Positions 27,255 through 36,682 of a stretch of DNA of 50,630 nucleotides are shown piece by piece. The notes beneath the pieces are model-generated. The model did not search any database, was not told the DNA's origin, and saw only the letters and a list, made by a program, of their open reading frames with translations. The stretch is taken from assembly GCA_016218805.1 (NCBI GenBank), contig JACRCW010000095.1, positions 1-50,630 of the forward strand, read 5' to 3'. Origin of the DNA: Deltaproteobacteria bacterium. Lineage in GTDB: Bacteria; Myxococcota; JACRCW01. A program made the translations under genes and the position numbers. Positions within the stretch are counted from its first letter, which is position 1. Each line of letters begins with the position of its first letter.

Positions 27255-29285
27255 ATGCGCGCGCGCCTGTTGCTGCACGTCGTCGTCTTCCTGGCCGGGC
27301 TGGGTGCCTCCGCCGGGTGCCGCCCCACGGCCGCGTGCGGGCCCAATCAGGCCCAGCGCGGCGGCGAATGCGTCACGCTGTGCAACAGCCATTCGGACTG
27401 CACGCTGCAGGAGCGTTGCGTGGACGGGGAATGTGCATCCGCCACCGGCGGGCCGGACGGCGGGGCGGTCTCCAATTCAGGCGGTAGCACGTTGGGGGCC
27501 CCTTCCTCGTTGGCCGCCACCACCGGCTCCTCCGCGGGCTCCGGGGCTTCCCGCTCCTCCAGCACCGGCACTTCCGCGGTCACGGGAGCACGCTCGGACG
27601 CCTCCTCCACCGCGGGAAGCGGCCCGGGCACGCCGTCCAGTTCCGCCAGCGGCTCCAATCTTTCCTCCTCCACCGCAGGTGCCGGCAGTTCCGTCCCGGC
27701 GGGTGGGTCGTCCCCCAGCGCCGCGCAACCCAGTTCCAGCGCCCCGCCCTCCAGCGCCGCGCTTCCCAGTTCCGGCGCCGCGCCCTCCAGTTCCGGCCCG
27801 GTGCTGCCGGTGCTCACCCTGGAATCCCCCGCGGACGTGCTGCAGTACGACGGCCCCGCGCCCGTGGTGCTCCGCGTGCCCGGCCGGCCCGGCGGGACCT
27901 GCCTTATCCAGGCCATCGGGGTGAACTACCCGTGCAACTTCTCGGACCCTGACCGTGTGAGCGTGGACCTTCCATCAGCCGCGCTGGAATCCGCGGGAGA
28001 CCTCTCCCTGGTTCTGGTGGACGGGGCGGGCGCGGAGTTGACCACGTCTGTCGTTCTGCCCGTGCGCCCCTCGCCCGCGCGCCGCACCTGGTACCACCCG
28101 GCGCTGGACTATGCGGGCGCAGACCCCCTCTACATCTACTTCGCCAATCCGCACCGCCAAGCCTCCACCATCACGGTCACGTATTTCACCGGCGCAGCGC
28201 TGCCCGTGACCCGCAACGTGTCGTTGGGGGCGCAGCAGGTGACGCGTTTTGAGCTGGGCGGACCCCTGGGGCCCGGCACCACCGGCCCAATGGCCGCGCG
28301 GGTGGATGCCACCGTGCCCATTGGGACCACCGTGTCGAGGTTTGTGGGGTCGCTGAGCACGGGGGACAACGTGGCGGGCGTGACCCAACCGCGGCAGCAA
28401 TGGTTCCTGTTGGCGGGTGCCACATCCGTGGACCGCACGCTGTTCCTGGCCAATCCCGGGGCGGTGCCGGCGGATGTGACCTACACGGAGTACGTGGGGC
28501 CGGCCAGCAATCCGCAGACCGTCACGCTTTCCCCGCAGCGCGCCATGACGCTGGCGCGCGGGACCAGCGGCAGCCTGGAACCCACCGCGTGGCAGGTGGA
28601 CGCCACGGCGCCCATCCTGGCGGCGGCCGCGTCGCAGAACGGCGTGGGTCTCACCATCCTGGATGCCCGGCCCGCACCTGCGCTGGACGCGTACTTTCCC
28701 ATTGCCGCCACGGGCGACGGCGCAGAGGACTGGGTGGTCCTGTTCAACCCCGGCCTGCAACTGGTGCCACTGGAACTGACTGCGTTCCGGGCCGGCGGTG
28801 CGGACGCAGCCATCCCGCTGCAGGTGGGCGCCGGGAAGGTGACGGCCTTCCATGTCACGGAGGCAACCAGCAGCGCCGGGCCGTTCTTCCTTCATGTCAG
28901 CACCACCGCGCCGCTGGTCACCGGCTACGCGCGCGTATCAAGCTCCGTGGAGGGCTGCGGGCTGGCATCCACCTCACCCGCGCGGGACCTGCTGTTCTCC
29001 GCGGGCGCCAACACGGGGGTGAGCACGCGCCTCTTTGTGGGCAACCCCTCCGCGGTGGAGGCATCCGTGGTGGTCACCGCCTACCGCGAAGGCTCCACCG
29101 CACCGGTGACCGGCACGCGCACCTTCCCGGCGGGCAGCCCGGGATGGATCCTGGGCAACGGGGACCCGGTGAACTGGCCCAACGGCGCCATGGCGGTGCG
29201 TCTGTCGGCGTCAGTCCCCGTTGTGGCGGGCCTGGACCGCGTCAACCCCAGCGGCGTCCGCTGCGAAGCCCCCGCGCTCCCCTGA
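27255..29285 (+). CDS. Secreted lipoprotein with Cys-rich N-terminus, Ser-rich linker and repeated beta-sandwich (DUF5719-like) domains
   Basis: Lipobox SAGC, a C-x5-C..C cluster and a long Ser/Gly/Pro linker. Four repeats IYFANP / LFLANP / VVLFNP / LFVGNP, each followed by a V.AT.P-type motif. Confidence 0.7.
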   Translation: MRARLLLHVVVFLAGLGASAGCRPTAACGPNQAQRGGECVTLCNSHSDCTLQERCVDGECASATGGPDGGAVSNSGGSTLGAPSSLAATTGSSAGSGASRSSSTGTSAVTGARSDASSTAGSGPGTPSSSASGSNLSSSTAGAGSSVPAGGSSPSAAQPSSSAPPSSAALPSSGAAPSSSGPVLPVLTLESPADVLQYDGPAPVVLRVPGRPGGTCLIQAIGVNYPCNFSDPDRVSVDLPSAALESAGDLSLVLVDGAGAELTTSVVLPVRPSPARRTWYHPALDYAGADPLYIYFANPHRQASTITVTYFTGAALPVTRNVSLGAQQVTRFELGGPLGPGTTGPMAARVDATVPIGTTVSRFVGSLSTGDNVAGVTQPRQQWFLLAGATSVDRTLFLANPGAVPADVTYTEYVGPASNPQTVTLSPQRAMTLARGTSGSLEPTAWQVDATAPILAAAASQNGVGLTILDARPAPALDAYFPIAATGDGAEDWVVLFNPGLQLVPLELTAFRAGGADAAIPLQVGAGKVTAFHVTEATSSAGPFFLHVSTTAPLVTGYARVSSSVEGCGLASTSPARDLLFSAGANTGVSTRLFVGNPSAVEASVVVTAYREGSTAPVTGTRTFPAGSPGWILGNGDPVNWPNGAMAVRLSASVPVVAGLDRVNPSGVRCEAPALP

Positions 29286-29315
29286 GTCCCAACGGCCCCA
29301 CTTCTCCCCGGCGGC

Positions 29316-29546
29316 TTCCCCCGAGGCAAAGGCGCGCTCCCCCATGACCTGGGTCACCTCCCCCGAGGCAAAGGCTTGCTCCCCCATGACCGGGGTCACC
29401 TCCCCCGCGTCAAAGGCATGCTCCCCCGTGACCGGGGTCACCTCCCCCGCGTCAAAGGCGTGCTCCCCCGTGACCCGGGTCACCTCCCCCATGGCAAAGG
29501 CCTTCTCCCCCGCCGCAGTGGCGCACTCCCCTGACGAATGACCCGC
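29316..29546. repeat. 21-bp-period tandem array with alternating A/B subunits (42-bp higher-order unit)
   Basis: Eleven 21-mers start with (C/T)TCCCC at 29316, 29337, 29358, 29379, 29400, 29421, 29442, 29463, 29484, 29505 and 29526. A = CTCCCCC...CAAAGGC. B = CTCCCCCRTGACCNGGGTCAC. The last two units are degenerate. Confidence 0.92.
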
Positions 29547-29612
29547 CTCTCCACGACGCGGCTTGGCGGGCCCCGGCCGCGCTTGGCAATGTGCGCCCCC
29601 GTGAGGTGTCCC

Positions 29613-32396
29613 ATGCACCATTGTCCCCGGCTGGTCCTGGGTTTCTCCGTTCTGGCGCTGTCCGCCTGCAACAACTGCCTGAACGAAGACCTCAACAAGG
29701 CCGTCTGTTCATTCACCGTGGCGCCGCATGATGCGCGGCCGGACAGCCCGGCGGGCGTGCTGACCGGGCCGCTGCTGTACGGCGAGGTGCAGAAGGGCAG
29801 CGAACGCGCGCGCACCATCACCATCAACAACGCGGGCAGCAACGTCCCGCTCACGCAGCTGAACCTGTCCTTCTCCGAGGTGAACCGGGAGAGCTTCACC
29901 CTGCGCGGTGACCCGCCGGAGCTCTCCGCGGGGGCGTCCGCGCAGGTGACCGTGGTCTTCAGCCCCATCCCCATTGAGGGAGAAATAGGCAACACGCTCA
30001 CCGTCAGCCACCCGCCCATTGACGAGGTCCCCTGCCCCACCTGGACGGTGACGCTGCGCGGCCGCGCGCTCCCGCCGGACGAACCCGACGGCGGCGTGAC
30101 GGACGCCGGCCCCCCTGACGCCGGGCGCGATGCCGGCGTGGATGCGGGCGTGGACGCGGGGCCGGTGTTCCCGCGGCCGGACGCGGGGCTGCCCATGGGG
30201 GATGCGGGGCACTTTGAAGCGCGCGGCGGGTTGCAGAGTGCTCGGACGGAGTTTGGCGCGGTGACGCTGGCCACGGGCGAAGTGCTGGTGGTGGGCGGGT
30301 TTGACTTTGCGGGCCAGGTGCTGGCCACGACGGAATACCTGGACCCGGCCACCGGGCTGAGCCGGATGGGGCCGCCGCTGAACGTGGCGCGGGCGCGGCA
30401 CTCGGTGAGCAGGCTGCCGGATGGGACGGTGCTGGTGTTTGGCGGCGTGGACAACGGCGCGGTGGATGTGGCGCAGGTGTTGGGCTCCCTGGAGGTGCTG
30501 GCGCCGGGTGGCACGGCGTGGACGCGGCAGGACACCACGCAGAAGCGCGCGGACCACCTGGCGGTGCCCAACGGGAACCTGGGCATCCACGTCCTGTACG
30601 GCGTGACCGCCGGCCCCGCGGGCCAGCCCCCGCCGCTGGCGCCCGCGCCCAGCACGGTGGCGCGGGACGGCACCATCACGGTCCTGGCATCCGACAGCGG
30701 CGCGGCCGCCGCGCGCCTGGGCGCGGCGCTGGTGGACATGGGTGACGGGACGTGGGTCATCGCCGGCGGCGTGTACGCGGATGGTAACTACGTCAAAAAG
30801 CTGGCGCGCCTGTCTGCCGGTTCGCTGGCGGAGCTCACCGTGGAACTGGCCACGGGGCGTGCGTTTGCGGCGGCGGCGCGGTTTGCGGACGGGCCCCTGG
30901 TGGTTGCCGGGGGGTTGGGGTCCGAGGGCCCCCTGACCAGCGCGGAACAGGTGGACGTGACGCAGCCGGACCCGCTGTCCTGGACGGTGGAGCCCGTGCT
31001 GTCACCCGTGATGCCGCGCATCATGGGGGCCGCCATCCAGGCCAGTCCGGACGTGGTGCTCCTGTCAGGCGGGGTGTCTTCCTGGCCAGGCGCGGATGAG
31101 AACGTGGAGGCGCGGGCGGACGCGGAGATCCTGGTGCACGTGACCAGCGTGGGGGTGCTGGCCGCGGGCGCGCTCAATGAGCCCTCCATTCCGCGGGTTG
31201 CCGGGGCGGTGGTCTCCTACGACGGCGGCGTGGCGCTGCTGGGCGGAAGCGCCACGCTGCCGCGGCGCCAGGCGCGGCCGGACCTGGAGCGGTTCCTCCC
31301 CGCCGCCAACCGGTTTGAATCCATGGGGCTCATCGGCCCCGGCGGGGCGGCCACCGGCGCGGCACCGCGGCAAATGCTCGTGGTGGGTGGGACGGACCTG
31401 TCCACGGGGCGCGCCAGCGCGCGCACGCGCCTGCTGGACCTGCAGACCGGCTTCTTCCATGAGGGCGGCCCCATCCAGGTGGCGCGTACCGACGCCACCG
31501 CCACGCTGCTGACGGTGGACGGCAGCATCCTGGTGGCCGGCGGCACCAGCGCCAACGGGGACGCGCTGGGCCACGCGGAGCGGATGGTGGGGGACTTCAG
31601 CGCGTCGGAAACCGTGGGCGCCATGCTGGCGCCGCGGCGCCGGCACACCGCCACGGCGCTGCTGGACGGGCGCGTGCTGCTGTGCGGCGGCCTGGGCACG
31701 GGCGCGGTGGCCCTCAACACGTGCGAGCTGTTTGATCCCGCGCAGGACACGTTCTCCGCCGTCAACGGCCGCATGGTGCGCGGCCGCTATGACCACAGCG
31801 CCACGCTGCTGGACAGCGGAAAGGTCCTGCTCACCGGCGGCAATGACCCCGCGCTGGGGCCGTTTGCGGGTGACGTGTTTGACCCGGTGGCGGACCGGCT
31901 GCACGCCACGGCGGGGTTCCCCGTGGTGGCGCGGCGTGGGCACATGGCGTTGCTCGTGGGGCAGGGGAAGGTCCTGCTGGCCGGCGGAGAGACGTATGTG
32001 GGTGAGCGCGTCCCCACGGACACCGCGGAAATCTGGTCCGAAGGTACCGAGACCTACGATTCACTGATGCCGCTGTCCACGGCGCGGGATGGCCCGGCGG
32101 GGCTGGGGTTCGCCAACGGCATTGCGCTCATCACCGGCGGCGGGCTGGCCTCCCCGGACACGCCGGACTTCCCCACCCGGGCGCTCTCCCGCACTGAGCA
32201 GTACGACCCCGCCGACGGCGCATTGGGCGGGTTCCACAACGTGGACGTGCCGCTGCGCTTCCCGCGCGCGCGCGCCACGGGCGTGGACATCCTGGGCCAA
32301 CCCACCGTGTTCGCCGGCGAAGGCCGCCACGGCACGGTGGTCACCGGCGCGGAGGTGCGGATCCCGTTGACGACGGTGGAACTGTGGGTGCAGTGA
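29613..32396 (+). CDS. Kelch-repeat lipoprotein with N-terminal Ig-like (choice-of-anchor D/ASH-like) domain
   Basis: Lipobox LSAC, RTITINNAGS..L...FSP Ig-like motif, DAG linker and many Kelch repeats (R..HTAT.L.DGRVLL.GG). Confidence 0.85.
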   Translation: MHHCPRLVLGFSVLALSACNNCLNEDLNKAVCSFTVAPHDARPDSPAGVLTGPLLYGEVQKGSERARTITINNAGSNVPLTQLNLSFSEVNRESFTLRGDPPELSAGASAQVTVVFSPIPIEGEIGNTLTVSHPPIDEVPCPTWTVTLRGRALPPDEPDGGVTDAGPPDAGRDAGVDAGVDAGPVFPRPDAGLPMGDAGHFEARGGLQSARTEFGAVTLATGEVLVVGGFDFAGQVLATTEYLDPATGLSRMGPPLNVARARHSVSRLPDGTVLVFGGVDNGAVDVAQVLGSLEVLAPGGTAWTRQDTTQKRADHLAVPNGNLGIHVLYGVTAGPAGQPPPLAPAPSTVARDGTITVLASDSGAAAARLGAALVDMGDGTWVIAGGVYADGNYVKKLARLSAGSLAELTVELATGRAFAAAARFADGPLVVAGGLGSEGPLTSAEQVDVTQPDPLSWTVEPVLSPVMPRIMGAAIQASPDVVLLSGGVSSWPGADENVEARADAEILVHVTSVGVLAAGALNEPSIPRVAGAVVSYDGGVALLGGSATLPRRQARPDLERFLPAANRFESMGLIGPGGAATGAAPRQMLVVGGTDLSTGRASARTRLLDLQTGFFHEGGPIQVARTDATATLLTVDGSILVAGGTSANGDALGHAERMVGDFSASETVGAMLAPRRRHTATALLDGRVLLCGGLGTGAVALNTCELFDPAQDTFSAVNGRMVRGRYDHSATLLDSGKVLLTGGNDPALGPFAGDVFDPVADRLHATAGFPVVARRGHMALLVGQGKVLLAGGETYVGERVPTDTAEIWSEGTETYDSLMPLSTARDGPAGLGFANGIALITGGGLASPDTPDFPTRALSRTEQYDPADGALGGFHNVDVPLRFPRARATGVDILGQPTVFAGEGRHGTVVTGAEVRIPLTTVELWVQ

Positions 32397-32402
32397 GCCG
32401 CT

Positions 32403-34532
32403 GTGGTTGAAGCCGCTCCTTCGGAAACCCAAGCCCGCGGGCACTGGTCCGCCCCGGCGCCGCTGGCCGTTCCGCGGTCCGGTGGCCACGCGCTGGTGCG
32501 CCTGCGGGACGGCCGCGTGCTCTGCATCGGCGGGGTGCACGCGGGCAGCTGCCTGCGGGACATTGAGCTGTTTGATCCCTCGCGGGGGAGCTGGAGCCGG
32601 GTGGCGCCCATGGCGCACGCACGGGCCTTCTGTGCGGCCGTCCTGCTGGACGACGGGCGCGTGCTGGTGGTGGGCGGCTTCCGCCCAGACCCAACCCGGC
32701 TGGCCGCGCCGGAGACGTATGACGTCCGCGCGGATGCCTGGCGCCCCGCCGGCCCCGCCACGGCGGTCGGTGGCTTCCCGGTGCACGGCGTCGCCGTGGA
32801 AGACGGCACCGCGTACTTCGCCAGCGTGGATCAACGGCTGCACCGCGGGACCCTGGAGCACTTCAACGGCGAGCGCCTCGTCGAGCCCGTCACGTTTGAA
32901 GCGACGGGAGGCGTCCAGTGGATTGCGGCGGTGCCCGGATGGGTGCGGTGGGTCCACGGCGTCACGGTGGCGCAGTGGCGCGGCAGCCAGCTCACCGAGG
33001 CCGGGCTCGCACGGCATCCCCACACCTACGGCGCCTGGGTGCGGTTGCCCGGCGGGGGGTGCTTCGCCGCCGCCGGCGAGGACCTTCAGGGCACCCCCAC
33101 CCCGTCAGCAGAGACCGGGTTGCCCGGTGACGGCCAGGCCTTCCAGCGCCTCCCCCCGCTGGACGCCCCGCGCACCCACGTGGCGGCGGCCGCGTTGGCG
33201 GACGGCAGCGTCGTGGTCACCGGCGGGACTGACCGCCGCCTGGTCTACCCCACCGTGCGCCTCTGGGACGCCGGCCTGCGCCAGTGGTACGCGGCGCGGT
33301 CCATGACGGTGCCCCGGCATGAGGCCAGCGCCGTCACGCTCGGGCCGCAGCGGGTGCTGGTGGTGGGCGGACGCATTGAGGCCGCGGCGCGCACCGCGGA
33401 GGTCTTTGAAGATGACGGGAACCGGTCCGCCGGCCCGTGCCTGCCTCCCGCGCAGAAGCGCAAGCGCGCGGCCGCGCAGCCTGACGCCCGGGCGCGGGCG
33501 GTGCTGCTGGGGCTGCAGAACGCCTGGGCCGCGCTGAACACGCGGATGTTCCAGGGGCGCCTGCGTCCGGTCACCATGGAGCTGGCGGACCTGGAGCGCA
33601 CGGTGGCGTCGTGGAACCCGGCGGACCGGCTGATGCGCTTTTCGCGGCAGGCCTGCACCACCCTGCTGTGGCCGCAGGTGGAAGAAGTCCTCAAGCATGA
33701 GATGGCGCACCAGTTTGTGAGCGACGTGCTGGGGGTCACCGACGAGGCGTCACACGGCCGCGCGTTCCGGGAGACCTGCGCCCGCCTGGGCATTGACGCG
33801 CGGGCCACCGGCACGCCGGAGTTGAACCTGGCGCCGGAGGAACAGGCGGTGCTGCGCAAGGTGGAGAAGCTCCGCGCGCTGGCCACCAGCCCCAACGCGC
33901 ACGAGTCCGCCACCGCGCAGGCCCTGGCGGACCGGCTGGTCAACGAGTTCAAGGAACTGTTTGACGCGATGAGCCCGCCGGCGGCGGATGAAACGGTGAG
34001 CGTCCGCCACGTGGGCGTGATGAAGCTGCGGCGCGACGCCGTGGACACGGAGCTGGCGCACGTGGTGGCGGAGCATGGCGGCGTGCGCATCATCTGGACC
34101 AACGGGCTTGATGACGAGGGGCACCCGGCCGGCTCCATCCTGGAGCTGCTGGGACCGCCCTCCAACCTGGAGCGCGCCGCCTACCTGCATGACTTCCTGG
34201 CCCGCGCCATCGGCGAGCTGTGGGAGGCGGACCGGCGGCGCCACGGCGGCGCCTCCCGCACGGCGCGCACCAGCTTCATGGTGGCCGCCCTGCGCGAGTT
34301 CGCCCGTAAGCTGGCGAAGGAACCCGTGCACGCGCACGCCCTGATCCCCGCCACGCTGGCGCGCGTGGACCAATTCACGCGCGCCCGCTACCCGCGGCTG
34401 CGGACCACGTACTCCCGCTCGTCGGTTGACCCGCACGCCGCCGCGCGCGGCGCCAGCGCCGGCCGTGACCTGGAGTTCCGCCAGGGCGTGGATGGCGCCG
34501 CCGGCCCGCGGTTGTTGGGACCGCGCAAGTAG
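32403..34532 (+). CDS. Kelch-repeat / SprT-like zinc metalloprotease / DUF2786-like fusion protein
   Basis: N-terminal Kelch repeats, LKHEMAHQ (33696-33710) plus HGRAFRETC (SprT-like), and VLRKVEKLRALATSPNAHES..A (DUF2786-like), all in one uninterrupted ORF. Confidence 0.8.
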   Translation: MVEAAPSETQARGHWSAPAPLAVPRSGGHALVRLRDGRVLCIGGVHAGSCLRDIELFDPSRGSWSRVAPMAHARAFCAAVLLDDGRVLVVGGFRPDPTRLAAPETYDVRADAWRPAGPATAVGGFPVHGVAVEDGTAYFASVDQRLHRGTLEHFNGERLVEPVTFEATGGVQWIAAVPGWVRWVHGVTVAQWRGSQLTEAGLARHPHTYGAWVRLPGGGCFAAAGEDLQGTPTPSAETGLPGDGQAFQRLPPLDAPRTHVAAAALADGSVVVTGGTDRRLVYPTVRLWDAGLRQWYAARSMTVPRHEASAVTLGPQRVLVVGGRIEAAARTAEVFEDDGNRSAGPCLPPAQKRKRAAAQPDARARAVLLGLQNAWAALNTRMFQGRLRPVTMELADLERTVASWNPADRLMRFSRQACTTLLWPQVEEVLKHEMAHQFVSDVLGVTDEASHGRAFRETCARLGIDARATGTPELNLAPEEQAVLRKVEKLRALATSPNAHESATAQALADRLVNEFKELFDAMSPPAADETVSVRHVGVMKLRRDAVDTELAHVVAEHGGVRIIWTNGLDDEGHPAGSILELLGPPSNLERAAYLHDFLARAIGELWEADRRRHGGASRTARTSFMVAALREFARKLAKEPVHAHALIPATLARVDQFTRARYPRLRTTYSRSSVDPHAAARGASAGRDLEFRQGVDGAAGPRLLGPRK

Positions 34533-34651
34533 CCGCAGTGACCTCACGAGCTCCGCGACCCGTGGTCAGTGTCGATGCAGGCGGAGTCCTATCGACCAAG
34601 GCGGCCAAGGGACCACGGGACCTGCTGGGCCGGGTGGAACCAGGGACGCCC

Positions 34652-35233
34652 TCAGTCATCCCGCCCAAACAGCGCCGCCACGGCCACTTCCACGCCCAAG
34701 AACGGCGGCAGTTCCATCACGTCCTCGGCGGTCGCGGCCAGGACGTTCACGTAGCCCTCGGCGCTGTGGCGGTAGACCAGCAGCGTCTCCTCTTCAGGGT
34801 CCAGCAGCCAGTAGAACGGGACTTCGTGCTGGTGCAGGCAGCGCAGCTTGCGAACCTGATCCGCGCGCCGGGTGGACGGCGAAATGATCTCACAAGCCCA
34901 ATCAGGCCGCGTCGTGACGGGCGTGCCGGCGGGTCGCTCGGGATGCAGGTCGCGCCGGAAGCCCACCAGGTCATGGCGGAACACGTCGTTGCGGCGCGGA
35001 TAGATGACGTCCACCTCCAACATGATCCACCAACCGCCGGGGCCCCGCGGCCCTCCGGCGCGCCGGTTGAACGGACCCAGCAACTCCGCAGCTTTTGAGT
35101 GCGTCAAACCGTGTGCCGGGCTGGGCGCCGCCCGCTCAACAATCTCGCCGTCAAAGAACTCCACCGGGTGTTCATCCCGGTTGAGCGCCAGGAACTCCTC
35201 CAGCGTGGCGGTGCGGCGGGCGCCGGTTGACAT
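34652..35233 (-). CDS. Uma2 (DUF820) family endonuclease
   Basis: EFFDGEIV...P...HG, GGWWIMLEVDV, PDWACEIISPST and VPFYWLLDP. Confidence 0.9.
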   Translation of the reverse strand: MSTGARRTATLEEFLALNRDEHPVEFFDGEIVERAAPSPAHGLTHSKAAELLGPFNRRAGGPRGPGGWWIMLEVDVIYPRRNDVFRHDLVGFRRDLHPERPAGTPVTTRPDWACEIISPSTRRADQVRKLRCLHQHEVPFYWLLDPEEETLLVYRHSAEGYVNVLAATAEDVMELPPFLGVEVAVAALFGRDD

Positions 35234-35337
35234 GCCCGCCAACATAGCCCGCGGAGTGCCACCGGACACCCGCGGGCTTGACGTGGCGTAGCGCGTCTGG
35301 TTTCCCACGCGGCCCAACGCCTCACCGGGAGCCGACC

Positions 35338-36658
35338 ATGGGAAAGAACAACAAGCTCAAGCGCGCCCGCAAGAAGAAGCTGCGTGACCGCAAGGCCCCG
35401 CGCGCGCCCCGGATTCTTCCCTCGCGGACATGCTGGAGGAGTTTGCGGAGTTGGTGACGGACGGCGAGCTCGACGACGCCGGGGACCTCCTGGCGCAGCT
35501 GGTGGCGCGCTCCCCCAACCACGTGGACGTGATCGGCGCGGAACTGAGCCTGGCGGCGGCCCTCAAGGACGCCGCCGGTACCCTGCACGCCGGCCAGCGC
35601 TACCTGGCCCGCCGCCCGGATGACTCCGAGCTGACGTTCTCGCTCGTGGGGATGGCCCTCTCCGAGGCGCAGACGCTCCTGGCCACCCAGCTGGCCCAGG
35701 AAGCCGTGCGGCGCTGGCCAGACCATCCTCAGGCGCAAAAGACCCGCCAGCTGCTGGCGCTGCTGGCGGAGGGGGCGGCAGCCTCTCGCAGGGATTTCCT
35801 TGCCGCCCACCCCACCCTGGACGCCGCTGCCGCGGACGCCGTCCAGTCGTGCCAGGAACAGTACGCGCTCCTGGTGGCCACCGAGCGGGTTGCCGAGGCC
35901 ACGGCCCTGTGCGAACGCACCCTGGACCGCTATCCCGGCCTTGCCACCGTCACCAACAACCTGAGCTCGTGCCATTGGCAGGCCGGCCGGTTTGAGGACG
36001 CCTGGGCCACCTGCAGCCGCGTGCTCGCAGCCGACCCCGACAACACGCACGCGCTGGCCAAGCATGGGAATCGCCAGCCGTCACCCGGCGCTGTTGGACG
36101 CGCTGCGGGCGTGGGCGCTGGGGCAGGCGGGCGCGGACCGCGCCCGGATGGAAGTGGCCAACGGACTGGCGATGGCCGGCCTGCTGGGCACCGACACGGT
36201 CCGCATGTGGCAGCGCGGCGAATGGACCGACGCCATGTTCCGCAAGCAGGAAGTCTACTGGGAGCCGGACCTGTCCGACCTGCCGTCACCAGAGGTCGAA
36301 TCGCTGCAGGAGCGCGCGATGCAGGCAACTGATGGAGGACCTGCACGCGCGCTTCCCGGACTACCTGTTTGCCCGCACGGAAGCGGCCAAGCGGATGATC
36401 CGCCGCGGTGACCTGGCCGGCGCCCGGGAGAAGCTGGCGCCGGTGCGCGCCCTCCCGCGCCTGCACGTGACTGAATACGCCGCGCTGTGCTCGGCGGAGG
36501 TTGAACTGCTGCTGGCGGACGGGGACCGGGCGGGCGCGGAGCGGCGCCTGGACATTTGGGAGCAGACGTGCGGCGAGAGCCCCCTGCTCACCGCCGCGCG
36601 GGAGCAGCTCCACCCGGACGAGTTGGTGGAGCGGCTGCGCGGCGCGCTTGGCCTGTGA
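35338..36658 (+). pseudogene. Fragmented TPR-repeat protein gene (at least three frame breaks)
   Basis: Protein-like segments lie in successive different frames: MGKNNKLKRARKKK (35338, GGAG RBS), DSSLADMLEEF...DPDNTHAL (~35412-36060), HPALLDALRAWA...RAMQA (~36080-36328) and MEDLHARFPDYLFAR...ALGL (36332-36658). Confidence 0.7.
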
Positions 36659-36682
36659 CGCTGCGCGGCGACCGCGGTCAAC

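Noticed and set aside
29316..29546. CRISPR array
   Set aside because: The intervening segments are themselves near-identical repeats rather than unique spacers, the period is only 21/42 bp, and there are no cas genes.
34652..35233. Uma2 nuclease as a mobile element or defence island marker
   Set aside because: Uma2/DUF820 genes are abundant scattered paralogs in myxobacteria, and no IRs, target duplications or partner defence genes are visible.
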